A stretch of 64,000 nucleotides of DNA. Source: an uncultured delta proteobacterium. Lineage in GTDB: Bacteria; Myxococcota_A; Polyangia; Haliangiales; Haliangiaceae. A program made the translations under genes and the position numbers. Location: NCBI GenBank assembly GCA_963774445.1, contig CAVZFC010000035.1, positions 69,470 through 133,469 of the forward strand, read 5' to 3'. Below, in pieces: positions 1 through 9,506 of this stretch; position 1 is the first letter of the stretch; every line of letters begins with the position of its first letter. The notes beneath the pieces were generated by a model, which worked only from the letters and a program-made list of their open reading frames with translations, was not told the origin of the DNA and searched no databases.

Positions 1-1
1 G

Positions 2-1333
2 CAGCCGGGCTGGGCCGAACAAGACCCGCGAGCCTGGGAGCGGGCGCTGGCCCCGGTGATCGGCGAGGCGCTGGCCCGCGCCGATCTCGCCCCGGACCGG
101 GTTCGCGCCCTCGGCATCGCCGGCCAGCTCGACGGCTGCGCGCCGGTCAACGCAGCTGGCGAGGCGACCGGACCGTGCCTCATCTGGATGGATCGGCGCG
201 CGGGCGATGCGATGCCGCCGTTGCCGGCGGACGCGCGCACGCGCACCGGGCTGGTGGCAGATCCGGGACACATGGCGGCCAAGATCGCCTGGCTCGACCG
301 CGAGCGCCCGGGCGCCGCCGCCTACCACCAGCCCGTGTCGTATCTGGTCGCGCGGCTGTCGGGCGAGCGCGTGCTCGACCACGCGCTGGCGTCGACCACC
401 ATGCTCTACGCCCTGGACGCGCGCGACTGGGCGCCGGATCTGCTGGCCGCGTTCGGGGTCGACCGCGCCAGGCTGCCGCGCATCGACGACGCGTGGGCGC
501 GCGCCGGAACCGTGCATGACGCTGGCGCGGCGCTGACCGGGCTGCCGGCGGGGACGCCGATCTGCGTCGGCACCGGCGACGACTTCGCCACGCCGCTTGG
601 CGCCGGGGTCACCGCGCCCGGCGTGGTCGCGTGCGTGATCGGCACCGCCGAGGTGGTCGGCGCGCTGCACCCGTCGCCGGTCGTCAACGCCGGCGGCCTG
701 GTCGAGACCCACGCCTATCCCGGCGGCGCGTGGCTGATCGAAAACCCGGGCTGGCTCTCGGGTGGCGCCATGGCCTGGCTGTCGAGCCTGGTCGGCGACG
801 ACTTCGCCGCCCTCGATCGCGCCGCCGCTGCCGTGCCCGCGGGAGCCGGTGGCGTGACCTTCGTTCCCGCGCTGTCGGGCGCGATGGCGCCCCGGTGGAT
901 CCCGGCGGCGCGCGGCGCGCTGCACGGTCTGACCCCGGCCCACGGCCGCGGCGCCGTGGCCCGCGCGGTGATGGAGGGCTGCGCCTTCGCCATGCGCGAT
1001 GTGATCGATCGCATGCGCGAGCTCGGCATCGCCACCGATCGGATCCTGCTCATGGGTGGCGGCGCGCGCAGTCGTCTCTGGGCGCAGATGCGCGCGGACC
1101 TCACCGGCTTGCCGGTCAACGTCGCCGAGCGCCCTGACAGCTGTCCGCTGGGTGCCGCGGCGCTGGCATCGGTCGCAGGCGGCGTGCAGCCGGATCTGGC
1201 CACCGCGGCGGCGCTCCTGGCGGGCCGCTCGGCGCGCGTGGTCCCCGACGCCGCCGGGGCGGCGGCCATGGATGGCGCATATCGCGCGTATCAGCGCCTG
1301 TTCGCCGCCCTCGAGCCGCTGTGGAACGAGTGA
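2..1333 (+). CDS. FGGY-family carbohydrate kinase (xylulokinase/glycerol-kinase-like), 5'-partial
   Basis: The frame is open from the window edge. Conserved FGGY C-terminal half (…PCLIWMDRRAGD…, LMGGGARSRLWAQMRADLTGLPV). The listed GTG start at 56 is internal. Confidence 0.8.
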   Translation, partial: QPGWAEQDPRAWERALAPVIGEALARADLAPDRVRALGIAGQLDGCAPVNAAGEATGPCLIWMDRRAGDAMPPLPADARTRTGLVADPGHMAAKIAWLDRERPGAAAYHQPVSYLVARLSGERVLDHALASTTMLYALDARDWAPDLLAAFGVDRARLPRIDDAWARAGTVHDAGAALTGLPAGTPICVGTGDDFATPLGAGVTAPGVVACVIGTAEVVGALHPSPVVNAGGLVETHAYPGGAWLIENPGWLSGGAMAWLSSLVGDDFAALDRAAAAVPAGAGGVTFVPALSGAMAPRWIPAARGALHGLTPAHGRGAVARAVMEGCAFAMRDVIDRMRELGIATDRILLMGGGARSRLWAQMRADLTGLPVNVAERPDSCPLGAAALASVAGGVQPDLATAAALLAGRSARVVPDAAGAAAMDGAYRAYQRLFAALEPLWNE

Positions 1334-1394
1334 GGAGCTGCGAGGTCGGTCACCACCCCCGGGGTGCCCGTCGCTGGTAAAGTGGCTCCGTCTC

Positions 1395-1814
1395 ATGCGC
1401 AGTATCACGCTCGTCGCTGGCGTCCTGGTCGCGGTCATCGCGATCGCCTGCGGCACCAATGGCCCTCAGTGCGTCGAGGTCGATCTGACCTGCGCGCCGC
1501 TCTACGAACCGACCTTCGACAACATCTACAACAACACCCTGTTGCCCAAGTGCGCGCCGCCCAACGGCGCCTGCCACGATCCGGGACACGCCAACGGCGG
1601 CATCGCCTATACCGATCCCGACAGCGCGTACGACCTGCTCCTGGGCAACACCGACGGCCGCGCCCGCGTCATCCCCGGCGATCCTGGCTGCAGCCTGATC
1701 GTCGAGCGCATCGACGCCGACCGTCCGTCCCGCATCATGCCACCCGGCGACCAGCTTCCCGCCGCCGAGCGCTGCGTGATCGAGCAGTGGATCGCCGATG
1801 GAGCCCTCCGATGA
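1395..1814 (+). CDS. Small lipoprotein with PSCyt1-like (Planctomycete cytochrome c) domain; non-canonical C-x7-CH in place of CxxCH
   Basis: Signal peptide plus lipobox (IAIAC). C-terminal …SLIVERID…RIMPPGDQLPAAERCVIEQWIADGA matches the PSCyt1 hallmarks (MPP, WI..GA). Overlaps the next gene by 4 nt. Confidence 0.6.
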   Translation: MRSITLVAGVLVAVIAIACGTNGPQCVEVDLTCAPLYEPTFDNIYNNTLLPKCAPPNGACHDPGHANGGIAYTDPDSAYDLLLGNTDGRARVIPGDPGCSLIVERIDADRPSRIMPPGDQLPAAERCVIEQWIADGALR

Positions 1815-3166
1815 ATGCACCCCGCCTCAGCCTGCTCCTGTTCGCCCTGTCGCTGCTTCCGGCGTGCGGCGGCGACAACCTGTTGACCCGCGACGAGCTG
1901 ATGGACCCGGCGTCGTGCAAGACCTGCCACCCGGTGCAGTTCAAGGAGTGGTCCGGCAGCATGCACGCCTACGCCGCCGACGACCCGGTGTTCCTGGCGA
2001 TGAACAAGCGCGGCCAGCGAGAGACCAACGGCGAGCTCGGCGACTTCTGCGTCAACTGCCACGCGCCGATGGCGGTGCGCACGGGCGCGACCACCGACGG
2101 CAGCAACCTCGCCGACCTGCCGCAGTCGCTCAAGGGCGTCACCTGCTTCTTCTGCCACAGTGTCGCCTCGGTCGAGGGCGATCACAACAACCCGCTGGTG
2201 CTGGCCGACGACGGCGTCATGCGCGGCGGCATCCCCGACCCGGTCGATAACGGCAAGCACCGCATGGCCTACTCGGGGCTGCACGCCAGCGACTCGTTCG
2301 ACTCGTCGAACATGTGCGGGTCTTGCCACGACATCGTCACCCCCGCCGGCGTCCACCTCGAGCGAACCTTCGCCGAGTGGAAGACCAGCGTCTTCCACAA
2401 GCCGAAGCAGATGGGCGGCCTGTCGTGCGGCAACTGCCACATGCCGACGACCACGGGCACCGCCGCCGACTTCGACGGCGTGCCGCTGCGCGACCGCCGC
2501 GAGCACGCCTGGCCGGGTATCGACGTCGCCCTCACCAACTGGCCGGAGAAAGACGCCCAGCTCGAGGTGCTCGCCCGCGATCTGTACAACTCGATCCTGC
2601 CGCGACTCTGCGTGCAGCCGGCGCCGGGCGGCGTCAAGATCGAGTACAAGCTCGACAACGTCTTCGCCGGGCACGGCATCCCCAGCGGCGCCGGGCAGGA
2701 CCGGCGGATGTGGGCCGAGGTGATCGCCTACGACGACGCGGACAGCCCCGTACTATCGACCGGCGTGGTCGAGGACGGCCAGCCGGTCGCCGAGGTCGCC
2801 CAGACCGATCCGTTGCTCTGGCAGATCCGCGACTTCACCACCGACGAGAACGGCGACGAGTCGCACATGTTCTGGGACGCGCGCGACTACACCTCGGAGC
2901 TGTTGCCGCCGGGCGTGACCAACGTCGTCAGCGACCCGGCCTACAACCACTCGGTGTCGCACTTCTTCGACGTCACCGGCACGCCGCCGGCCCGCGTGAC
3001 CGCGCGGGTGCAGGTGCGGCCAATCGGGCTCGACGTGCTCGACGACCTGGTCAACTCGGGTGACCTCAATCCGTCACTGCGCGACGCCGGGCCCACGCTC
3101 GAGCTCAGCGGCTCGGTGCTCGAGTGGACGTCGGACCTGGGCTACGGCTGCGTCACGCGGAATTGA
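1811..3166 (+). CDS. Multiheme (pentaheme) c-type cytochrome lipoprotein
   Basis: Five CxxCH motifs (CKTCH, CVNCH, CFFCH, CGSCH, CGNCH). N-terminal signal peptide with lipobox (LLPAC). ATG at 1811 is in frame with ORF 1364..3166. Confidence 0.85.
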   Translation: MNAPRLSLLLFALSLLPACGGDNLLTRDELMDPASCKTCHPVQFKEWSGSMHAYAADDPVFLAMNKRGQRETNGELGDFCVNCHAPMAVRTGATTDGSNLADLPQSLKGVTCFFCHSVASVEGDHNNPLVLADDGVMRGGIPDPVDNGKHRMAYSGLHASDSFDSSNMCGSCHDIVTPAGVHLERTFAEWKTSVFHKPKQMGGLSCGNCHMPTTTGTAADFDGVPLRDRREHAWPGIDVALTNWPEKDAQLEVLARDLYNSILPRLCVQPAPGGVKIEYKLDNVFAGHGIPSGAGQDRRMWAEVIAYDDADSPVLSTGVVEDGQPVAEVAQTDPLLWQIRDFTTDENGDESHMFWDARDYTSELLPPGVTNVVSDPAYNHSVSHFFDVTGTPPARVTARVQVRPIGLDVLDDLVNSGDLNPSLRDAGPTLELSGSVLEWTSDLGYGCVTRN

Positions 3167-3301
3167 CAAAATGGCACCCGCACCGAGGTGCGCGAGTCTC
3201 AGTGCGCGAAATGCATCACAGCTCGTGCAACCTGGAGGCGGCTCGCGCGTTCTCAGGAATAGACCCTCCGTCCAGATGCGTACTAGCCAGTGAGTCCCCC
3301 C

Positions 3302-3925
3302 ATGCGAGTTTCCATGTCGTACATCACCACGACCACGTCGGTCTCCCGGCTTCGCGCCGAGAGTGACGATCGTGGCGTGGGTCCCCACACCCTGGACCTC
3401 CTCGGCTACCAGCCGGCGACCCGCAAGCTCTACTACCTCGAGCATTTCGAGGACGAGAGCGGCGACCTGCCGCAGCTCCACGTCGTTCACACCGCAGGCA
3501 GCTACGTCGGCCGCGCGACCCCGGTGCGCAGCTGGTACCAGGGCGAGCCGGGCGACGTCGAGCGCCGCTTCGAAGATCGTCTCGCCGACCTGCGCCGCGT
3601 GCTGGTGCCGCTGCGGCCGATGGACACCGAGTCGCTGATTTTGCGCACCCGCGTGACCAAGCGCCGCGCCCTGCGCCTGTTTCCGCAAGAGCCGCCGATC
3701 CGCAAATACGAGCTGCGCCTCAGCGTGCTGCCCGCCGACGACGGCCGCATCACCTCGATCGGCGCGACCACCTCGGTGACCGCCTTCCTGCGCCCGCGCG
3801 CCCGGCTGATCGAAGCCGCGCGCATCCCCCGCGAGCCGCTGGCGATCGCCGTGGTCGAGTACGTCGGCATCCCGTTCGAGCTCGGCTTCGGCAAGAGCGT
3901 CGCCATGCTCGTGCCGATGGTCTGA
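3302..3925 (+). CDS. hypothetical protein
   Basis: ORF 3290..3925 with a protein-like composition and no motif I recognise. The start is ambiguous (3290 or 3302). Confidence 0.45.
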   Translation: MRVSMSYITTTTSVSRLRAESDDRGVGPHTLDLLGYQPATRKLYYLEHFEDESGDLPQLHVVHTAGSYVGRATPVRSWYQGEPGDVERRFEDRLADLRRVLVPLRPMDTESLILRTRVTKRRALRLFPQEPPIRKYELRLSVLPADDGRITSIGATTSVTAFLRPRARLIEAARIPREPLAIAVVEYVGIPFELGFGKSVAMLVPMV

Positions 3926-3928
3926 GCG

Positions 3929-5407
3929 CTACGGGTAGGTGCGCGTCAACTCGAGCCGGCCGTCCGGCGCCCAGAACCGCCAGCGGCCCGTCCGCTGGCC
4001 GGCGGCGTAGCTGCCCTGGGCGGCGAGGCGACCGTCTTCGCGATAGGCGTAGTACGGACCGTCGAGCGCGCCGGCGTGAAAGCTCGCGCGCGACGAGACG
4101 GTGCCGTCCGGGTAGTACTGGGTGAAGACGCCCTCGCGCTGGTCGCCGGCGTAGCTGCCCTCGAGCTCCTTCTTGCCGTCGTCGTAGCGCTCGACCGACG
4201 GGCCCTGGCGCAAGCCGTCCGCGTAGGTCGTGCGCTCGACCAGCACGCCGGCCTCGTTGTAGCGCTTGCACGGGCCGTGGAGCTTGCCCCGGCGATAGTG
4301 GCAGTCGAGCGCCAGCTTGCCGTTGTCGTGCCACTCGCGCCAGCGGCCGTGGCGCTGGTCGTGACGATAGGTGCCCGCCTCGGCGCGCCGGCCGCGCACG
4401 GTGTAGCTGCGATAGGGACCGTGGCGCTCGCCGTCGACGTAGGTGGTCTCGGCCGACAGCTTGCCCGGCGCGTACCACTCGCGATCGACGCCGGTGCCCT
4501 CTTTCATCTCGTAGGTGCCGACGACGTTGCCGCGCCCATCGTACTGGGTCCACGTGCCGTCCTTGCGGTCGTGGAGGTAGTTGCCGGCGATCAGCAGTCG
4601 GCCGCGCGGGTCGAAGGCCTTCCACGGGCCTTCCTTCTTGCCCGCGCGCATCTCGCCCCGCCGCGACGGTCGTTCGCTGGAGTGGTAGTAGGTCCAGACG
4701 CCGGTCTCGACGCCGTGGTCGTACGCGCCGCTCACGCGCAGGCGGCCGAAGCTGCGATACGCTTTCCACGGACCGTCGAGCACGCCGCGCCGGTAATGCT
4801 CTTCGAGGTACGGCTTGCCCAGACGCCAGATGGTTCGGACGCCGTCGAGTTTGCCTCTGCGGTAATGCTCTTCCAGGCGCATGGTGTCAACGCGACCGAC
4901 CACGCGCGGTCCGTCGAGGGCGCCGTCCTTCCAGCTCTCGGTGACCATCAGCTCGCCGTCGGCGGACCACTCCTTGCGCACGCCGGTGCCGTCGTCCAGG
5001 TGATAGCTGCCCAGGACCTGACCGTCTTCGCCGTACTGCACGAAGTCGCCATCCGGCCGGCCGTCGGTGTAGGCGCCGCGCAACGCGACCTGCCCGTTGC
5101 CGTGAAACCTCTCGTACGGTCCGTGCCGACTGCCATCCGGGCGCACGCAGACGACCTCGGTGCCATCGGGAGGGAGAGCGCCGAGAACGTGAGTGTCCGG
5201 CGGGCAGTCGAGCAGCGGCGGCGGTGCGTCGGGCGGGGTGGCGTCCGCCGGTGGCGCAGGTGCGCGCGCGGATCCGGCGTCCCGAGGTGTAGGTGTCGCA
5301 GGCTGGGTGTTTTGCCCGGCGGGAGCTCCCGTACACGCGGCAAGCAGCGCGATGCCTGCGACGATCGCAGCATGCCCTTCGATGTCAATCCCCCGCGTAC
5401 GCATCAT
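3929..5407 (-). CDS. MORN-variant (YwqK-like) repeat lipoprotein
   Basis: About 18 tandem about 23-aa repeats (G.Y..Y..G.L…EG.Y..G). N-terminal signal peptide with lipobox (LLAAC), then an Ala/Pro-rich linker. Confidence 0.75.
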   Translation of the reverse strand: MMRTRGIDIEGHAAIVAGIALLAACTGAPAGQNTQPATPTPRDAGSARAPAPPADATPPDAPPPLLDCPPDTHVLGALPPDGTEVVCVRPDGSRHGPYERFHGNGQVALRGAYTDGRPDGDFVQYGEDGQVLGSYHLDDGTGVRKEWSADGELMVTESWKDGALDGPRVVGRVDTMRLEEHYRRGKLDGVRTIWRLGKPYLEEHYRRGVLDGPWKAYRSFGRLRVSGAYDHGVETGVWTYYHSSERPSRRGEMRAGKKEGPWKAFDPRGRLLIAGNYLHDRKDGTWTQYDGRGNVVGTYEMKEGTGVDREWYAPGKLSAETTYVDGERHGPYRSYTVRGRRAEAGTYRHDQRHGRWREWHDNGKLALDCHYRRGKLHGPCKRYNEAGVLVERTTYADGLRQGPSVERYDDGKKELEGSYAGDQREGVFTQYYPDGTVSSRASFHAGALDGPYYAYREDGRLAAQGSYAAGQRTGRWRFWAPDGRLELTRTYP

Positions 5408-5487
5408 GCGCGACGCAAACAGTGTCGCACAGACAACCGCGGCGCGCTCGCTTGGCGAGTGAGCGACCCGATGGTCTAATTGTCAAC

Positions 5488-6009
5488 ATGAAGCGGAACC
5501 TCATCGCCATCGGGATTGCAGTTGTCACGCTAACCGCCGCCAGCACGGCCGACGCGCGCCCGCGACCGCAGAGAGGTGGCGAGTTCGAGGCCAACAAGAC
5601 CTTTGGCTTGGGCCTGATGATCGGCGCGCCGACCGCCATCTCCGGCAAGTATTTCCTCAGCCGCGACACCGCGCTCGACTTCGGCATCGGCACCTACTAC
5701 CAATACCGCGGCGACGGTCTGCACATCCACGGCGACTTCCTCTGGCATCCGGTCGTCATCGCCAAGACCGACGCGTTCTGGCTGCCGCTCTACTTCGGCA
5801 TCGGCGCGCGCTTCTTCGATCACCGCAACGACCACGTGCACATCGGACCGCGGGTGCCGATCGGCATCGCGTTCGACTTCCAGAACGTGCCGCTCGACAT
5901 CTTCCTCGAGCTGGCGTTCGCCTTCGACGTGGTCATCATCGACCGGCCGGCCAACGACTTCCGTGCCGACGTGGGCCTGGCCCTGGGCATTCGCTACTAC
6001 TTCGACTGA
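5488..6009 (+). CDS. Small outer-membrane beta-barrel-like protein (hypothetical)
   Basis: Signal peptide (MKRNLIAIGIAVVTLTAAS). Alternating hydrophobic and aromatic beta-strand pattern. Confidence 0.5.
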   Translation: MKRNLIAIGIAVVTLTAASTADARPRPQRGGEFEANKTFGLGLMIGAPTAISGKYFLSRDTALDFGIGTYYQYRGDGLHIHGDFLWHPVVIAKTDAFWLPLYFGIGARFFDHRNDHVHIGPRVPIGIAFDFQNVPLDIFLELAFAFDVVIIDRPANDFRADVGLALGIRYYFD

Positions 6010-6992
6010 TGCCAGCCGCGCGTGCCGTCGTCCTGACCGGCAAGGGTGGCCCCGAGGTGCTGGCCCTGGCCGAGCGCCAGGTCCGTGACCCGGGGCCAGG
6101 AGAGGTCCTGGTCGAGGTCGCCGCCGCCGCGGTCAATCGGGCCGACATCCTCCAGCGGCGCGGCTTCTACCCCGCGCCGCCGGGGGCGCCGCCGGACATC
6201 CCCGGCCTCGAGTACGCCGGCACCGTGGCCGCGGTGGGCGAGGGGGTGGCCCTGGCCCGCCCGGGCGATCGGGTCATGGGCATCGTCGGCGGCGGCGCGA
6301 TGTGCACCCACGTGGTCGTGCACGAGCGCGAGCTCCTGCCGGTGCCGGCGTCGATGGACCTCGAGCGGGCCGCCGGCATCCCCGAGGTGTTCCTCACCGC
6401 CTTCGACGCGCTGTTCGTGCAGGGCGGCCTGGTCATGGGTCGGACCGCGCTGGTCCACGCCGTCGGCAGCGGGGTCGGCACCGCGGCGCTGCAGCTGGCC
6501 ATCGTCGCCGGCGCCCGTGTCATCGGCACCTCGCGCACCGCCGAAAAGCTGGAGCGCTGCCGCGCGCTCGGGCTCGAGCACGGCATCCAGGTCGAGGGCG
6601 GCGCCTTCGCCGAAAAGATCGCCGCCATCGCGGGCGGCGCCGACGTCATCCTCGACACCGTGGGCGCCGCCTACCTGGAAGAGAACGTCCGCGCGCTGGC
6701 GCTGCGCGGCCGCATCGTCGTGGTCGGGCTGCTCGGTGGCGCCACCGGGACGCTGCTGCTGGGGCCGCTCCTGGGCAAGCGCGGCACCGTCGTCGGCACC
6801 GTGTTGCGCAGCCGGCCGCTCGAGGAAAAGGCCGCGCTCGCCCGCCGCTTCGCCGGCGAGGTGGTGCCGCTGTTCGAGGCCGGCCGCCTGGTCCCGGTGG
6901 TCAACCGGGTGATGCCGATGAGCGAGATCGCCGAGGCGCACGCCTACATGGAGTCCAACGACTCCTTCGGCAAGATCGTCGTCGCCTGGTAG
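6009..6992 (+). CDS. NADPH:quinone oxidoreductase / zinc-binding alcohol dehydrogenase family (MDR superfamily)
   Basis: GroES-like N-terminus and the Rossmann motif AVGSGVGTAALQLA typical of Qor/zeta-crystallin. Confidence 0.85.
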   Translation: MPAARAVVLTGKGGPEVLALAERQVRDPGPGEVLVEVAAAAVNRADILQRRGFYPAPPGAPPDIPGLEYAGTVAAVGEGVALARPGDRVMGIVGGGAMCTHVVVHERELLPVPASMDLERAAGIPEVFLTAFDALFVQGGLVMGRTALVHAVGSGVGTAALQLAIVAGARVIGTSRTAEKLERCRALGLEHGIQVEGGAFAEKIAAIAGGADVILDTVGAAYLEENVRALALRGRIVVVGLLGGATGTLLLGPLLGKRGTVVGTVLRSRPLEEKAALARRFAGEVVPLFEAGRLVPVVNRVMPMSEIAEAHAYMESNDSFGKIVVAW

Positions 6993-7022
6993 CTCTGCGC
7001 AGGGCGATGGCTGGCGCCGCGG

Positions 7023-7427
7023 CTACGTTGCGGCGACCCGGCGCTTCGGCCCGGCTATCTCGGCCAGCTCGGCGTCAACGATGCGATTGTCGGCGTCGAC
7101 CAGGACCACCGCCGGTTGCCAGTCGGCAGCTTCGGCGGCGTCGACCTCGGCGAACGTGGCGATGATGACGATGTCTCCCGGCGACGCCAGGTGGGCGGCA
7201 GCGCCGTTCATGCAGATGATGCCGCTGTCGTCATCGCCGCGCAGGGCGTAGGTCACGAGGCGCGTCCCGCGGGTCACGTTCCACACGTGGACCTGCTCGT
7301 GCGGCAGGATCCGGGCGGCGGTCATCAGCTCGCCGCTGATGGTCACGCTGCCCTCGTAGTCCAGATCGGCGTGGGTGACGCGGGCGCGGTGGATCTTCGA
7401 CTTGAACAGATGGAGCCGATGGCTCAT
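7023..7427 (-). CDS. panD: Aspartate 1-decarboxylase
   Basis: [30 protein letters not shown]… is a canonical PanD, including the Gly-Ser self-cleavage site. Confidence 0.9.
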   Translation of the reverse strand: MSHRLHLFKSKIHRARVTHADLDYEGSVTISGELMTAARILPHEQVHVWNVTRGTRLVTYALRGDDDSGIICMNGAAAHLASPGDIVIIATFAEVDAAEAADWQPAVVLVDADNRIVDAELAEIAGPKRRVAAT

Positions 7428-7541
7428 GGCAACCTCCAGTCCCGGCCGCTCGCGCGGTCCAGGCCAAACGACGGCCAAACCATTGCCGACGCCAGCCCCG
7501 CCGGTCAAGGACGAACTCGCGTCACCGCGATCCGCCGGGGG

Positions 7542-8300
7542 TCACTGCTCGGTGACGGCGTCGAGCTGCAGGTCGATCACGGTCTCGCGGCCGGCGTCCA
7601 CGGCGACCCCGGTCCGCCGCACCTCGATGTTGCCGCGCTCGACCAGCTGGTAATAGACCGACAGCGTGTAGGTACCCGGCGTCAGCCCACGCAGGTGGTA
7701 CTGCCCGCGGTCGTCGGCGATCGCCAGCTGCGCGTCGCGCACCCCGGGCGTGGTCGCCGCGACCACCGCGCCGGGCAGCTGCTGCTTGCTCGCGATCTCG
7801 GTGACCACGCCGCGTATGGCTCCGGTTCGCGCGGCGATCGCGTGCTGCTCCGGGTCGGGCGCCTTCGCCGTGAGCACCGGATTGGTCGCCATGTCAACGT
7901 ACTGGTAGCTCTTGTCCGAGCTGAGCGCGCCGGTGTCGATCTTCACCTGCAGCTCGGTCGTCTTGCCGTTGTCAACCGGCACCGCGAAGACGCGCACGCG
8001 GTGCTCGCCGTAGCGCACGTCGACCAGGTAGAGGCCGCCGCGCAAACCGGCCTGCTCGAAGCCGCCGTCGGCGCGCGACGACGCGCTTCGCACCTGGCGG
8101 TCGGCCATCGATCCCCACTCGGTAATCTGGATCTCGGCGAAGCTGAGCGCGTCGCCGCTCGAGCTGTCGCGCACGGTTCCGGCGATGCCGCCGCCGGTCG
8201 TTGCCGGCGTCCGCGGCGCCGCTGCCGGGTGGCTGCAGGCGGTCGCCAGAATCAAGGCGGCGGCCGGAGCCAGTCGGCAATGTGAGCCTCGCGCGAGCAC
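7542..8300 (-). CDS. Carboxypeptidase-regulatory-like domain lipoprotein
   Basis: Signal peptide with lipobox (LATAC). Two CarboxypepD_reg-like beta-sandwich repeats (GTVRD…, GAIRGVVTE…). Confidence 0.7.
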   Translation of the reverse strand: MLARGSHCRLAPAAALILATACSHPAAAPRTPATTGGGIAGTVRDSSSGDALSFAEIQITEWGSMADRQVRSASSRADGGFEQAGLRGGLYLVDVRYGEHRVRVFAVPVDNGKTTELQVKIDTGALSSDKSYQYVDMATNPVLTAKAPDPEQHAIAARTGAIRGVVTEIASKQQLPGAVVAATTPGVRDAQLAIADDRGQYHLRGLTPGTYTLSVYYQLVERGNIEVRRTGVAVDAGRETVIDLQLDAVTEQ

Positions 8301-8442
8301 GTCGCCGCCATCATAGAGCGCGCGGGACCCGGAGGCACCCCCGGATGCCGGCTGTAAGCATCTGCAAGAAGGCGGTAAACCCGCTGAACCGCGGCGAGCG
8401 GGTGGCGGCGCGCCGGCGATCGTGACATATCATTGCGAAACC

Positions 8443-9506
8443 ATGCGGATGCGGCGGGGAGCATTGGTCGTGATCGGGGTCCTGGCACTGGCCGCGTGCA
8501 AGAAGAGCGGCGACGGCCGCCCGGCACCCGATCAGATCGCCGGTGAGGTCGCCGAGGTCGCCGGCGACGTGCAGATCGAGCACGGCGGGGTCGCGACCAC
8601 GGCCACCGTCGGCGCCGTGGTGCGCGGCGCCGACACCATCGTCACCGGGGCCGACGGCCACGTGACGGTGCTCTTCTATCACAACCAGGCTCGCTGGACG
8701 CTGGACGGCGGCAAGCGCAAGCGCGTCGATCAGTCGGTCGCGTGGCGCGCGCCCAAGTCGGCCGGCGGCGGCCTCCTGGCCGAGGGCGCCGGCGACCAGG
8801 GCACCTCGGCGGCCGGTCGCCACGCCGAAAAGAAGCCGCCGACACCCGCGCCACCGCGCCGACCGCGACCGAGGCGACGCCGGAGCCGGAGCCGACCGCG
8901 GCCGCACCGCCCGGCGACCTGGCGCCCCCGGCCGAGCCCGCGGAGGCGGCCGCGGCGCCGCCGCCACCACCGGCAAAGTCGGCTCCGGCCAAGCGGGAAT
9001 CGGCCAAGCGCCGTTCTCACACCACGCTCGAGAGGCTCGACAAGGATGTCAACGGTCTGGGCCTCGGCAACGAAATCGGCGGGCGCGCCGCGGGTCTCGG
9101 CGAGGTCGGAACGATCGTCAGCGGCAGCGGCAAAGGCGGCGGGCTGGGCGGCAAAGACGTCGGCGCCAAGAAGTCGGCGCCGACGGCGACCGCCGGCAAG
9201 ACGACGTCGGTCGGCAAGCTCGACACGGAGATCATCAACCGGGTCATCCGCCAGCACCGGTCGCAGATCCGCTACTGCTACCAGCAGGCGCTGGCGAAGA
9301 ACCCCGGCCTCGCGGGCAAGATCATCATCGACTTCGTCATCGATCCCACTGGCAAGGTCGCCAACGCCACGGCCAAGGGCGACAGCGCGATGGTCGAGGC
9401 CATGGGCTCGTGCGCCTCGCGTGCCTTCCGCAGCTTCCGCTTCCCAGCGCCCGAGGGCGGCGGCACCGCCAAGGTGAGCTACCCGCTGATCTTTGCGCAG
9501 AAGTGA
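8443..9506 (+). CDS. AgmX/PglI C-terminal domain protein (TonB-C-like), reading frame disrupted near 8.83 kb
   Basis: N-terminal lipoprotein signal plus beta domain in frame 8422. The C-terminal AgmX/PglI domain (…IINRVIRQHRSQIRYCYQQALAKNPGLAGKIIIDF…) lies in frame 8742. The two join across an AAAA run. Confidence 0.6.

Noticed and set aside
3074-3688. 204-aa minus-strand ORF
   Set aside because: Overlaps the 3' end of the cytochrome gene and the hypothetical plus-strand gene. No motifs.
7116-8285. 389-aa plus-strand ORF
   Set aside because: Antisense to panD and the CarboxypepD_reg lipoprotein gene.
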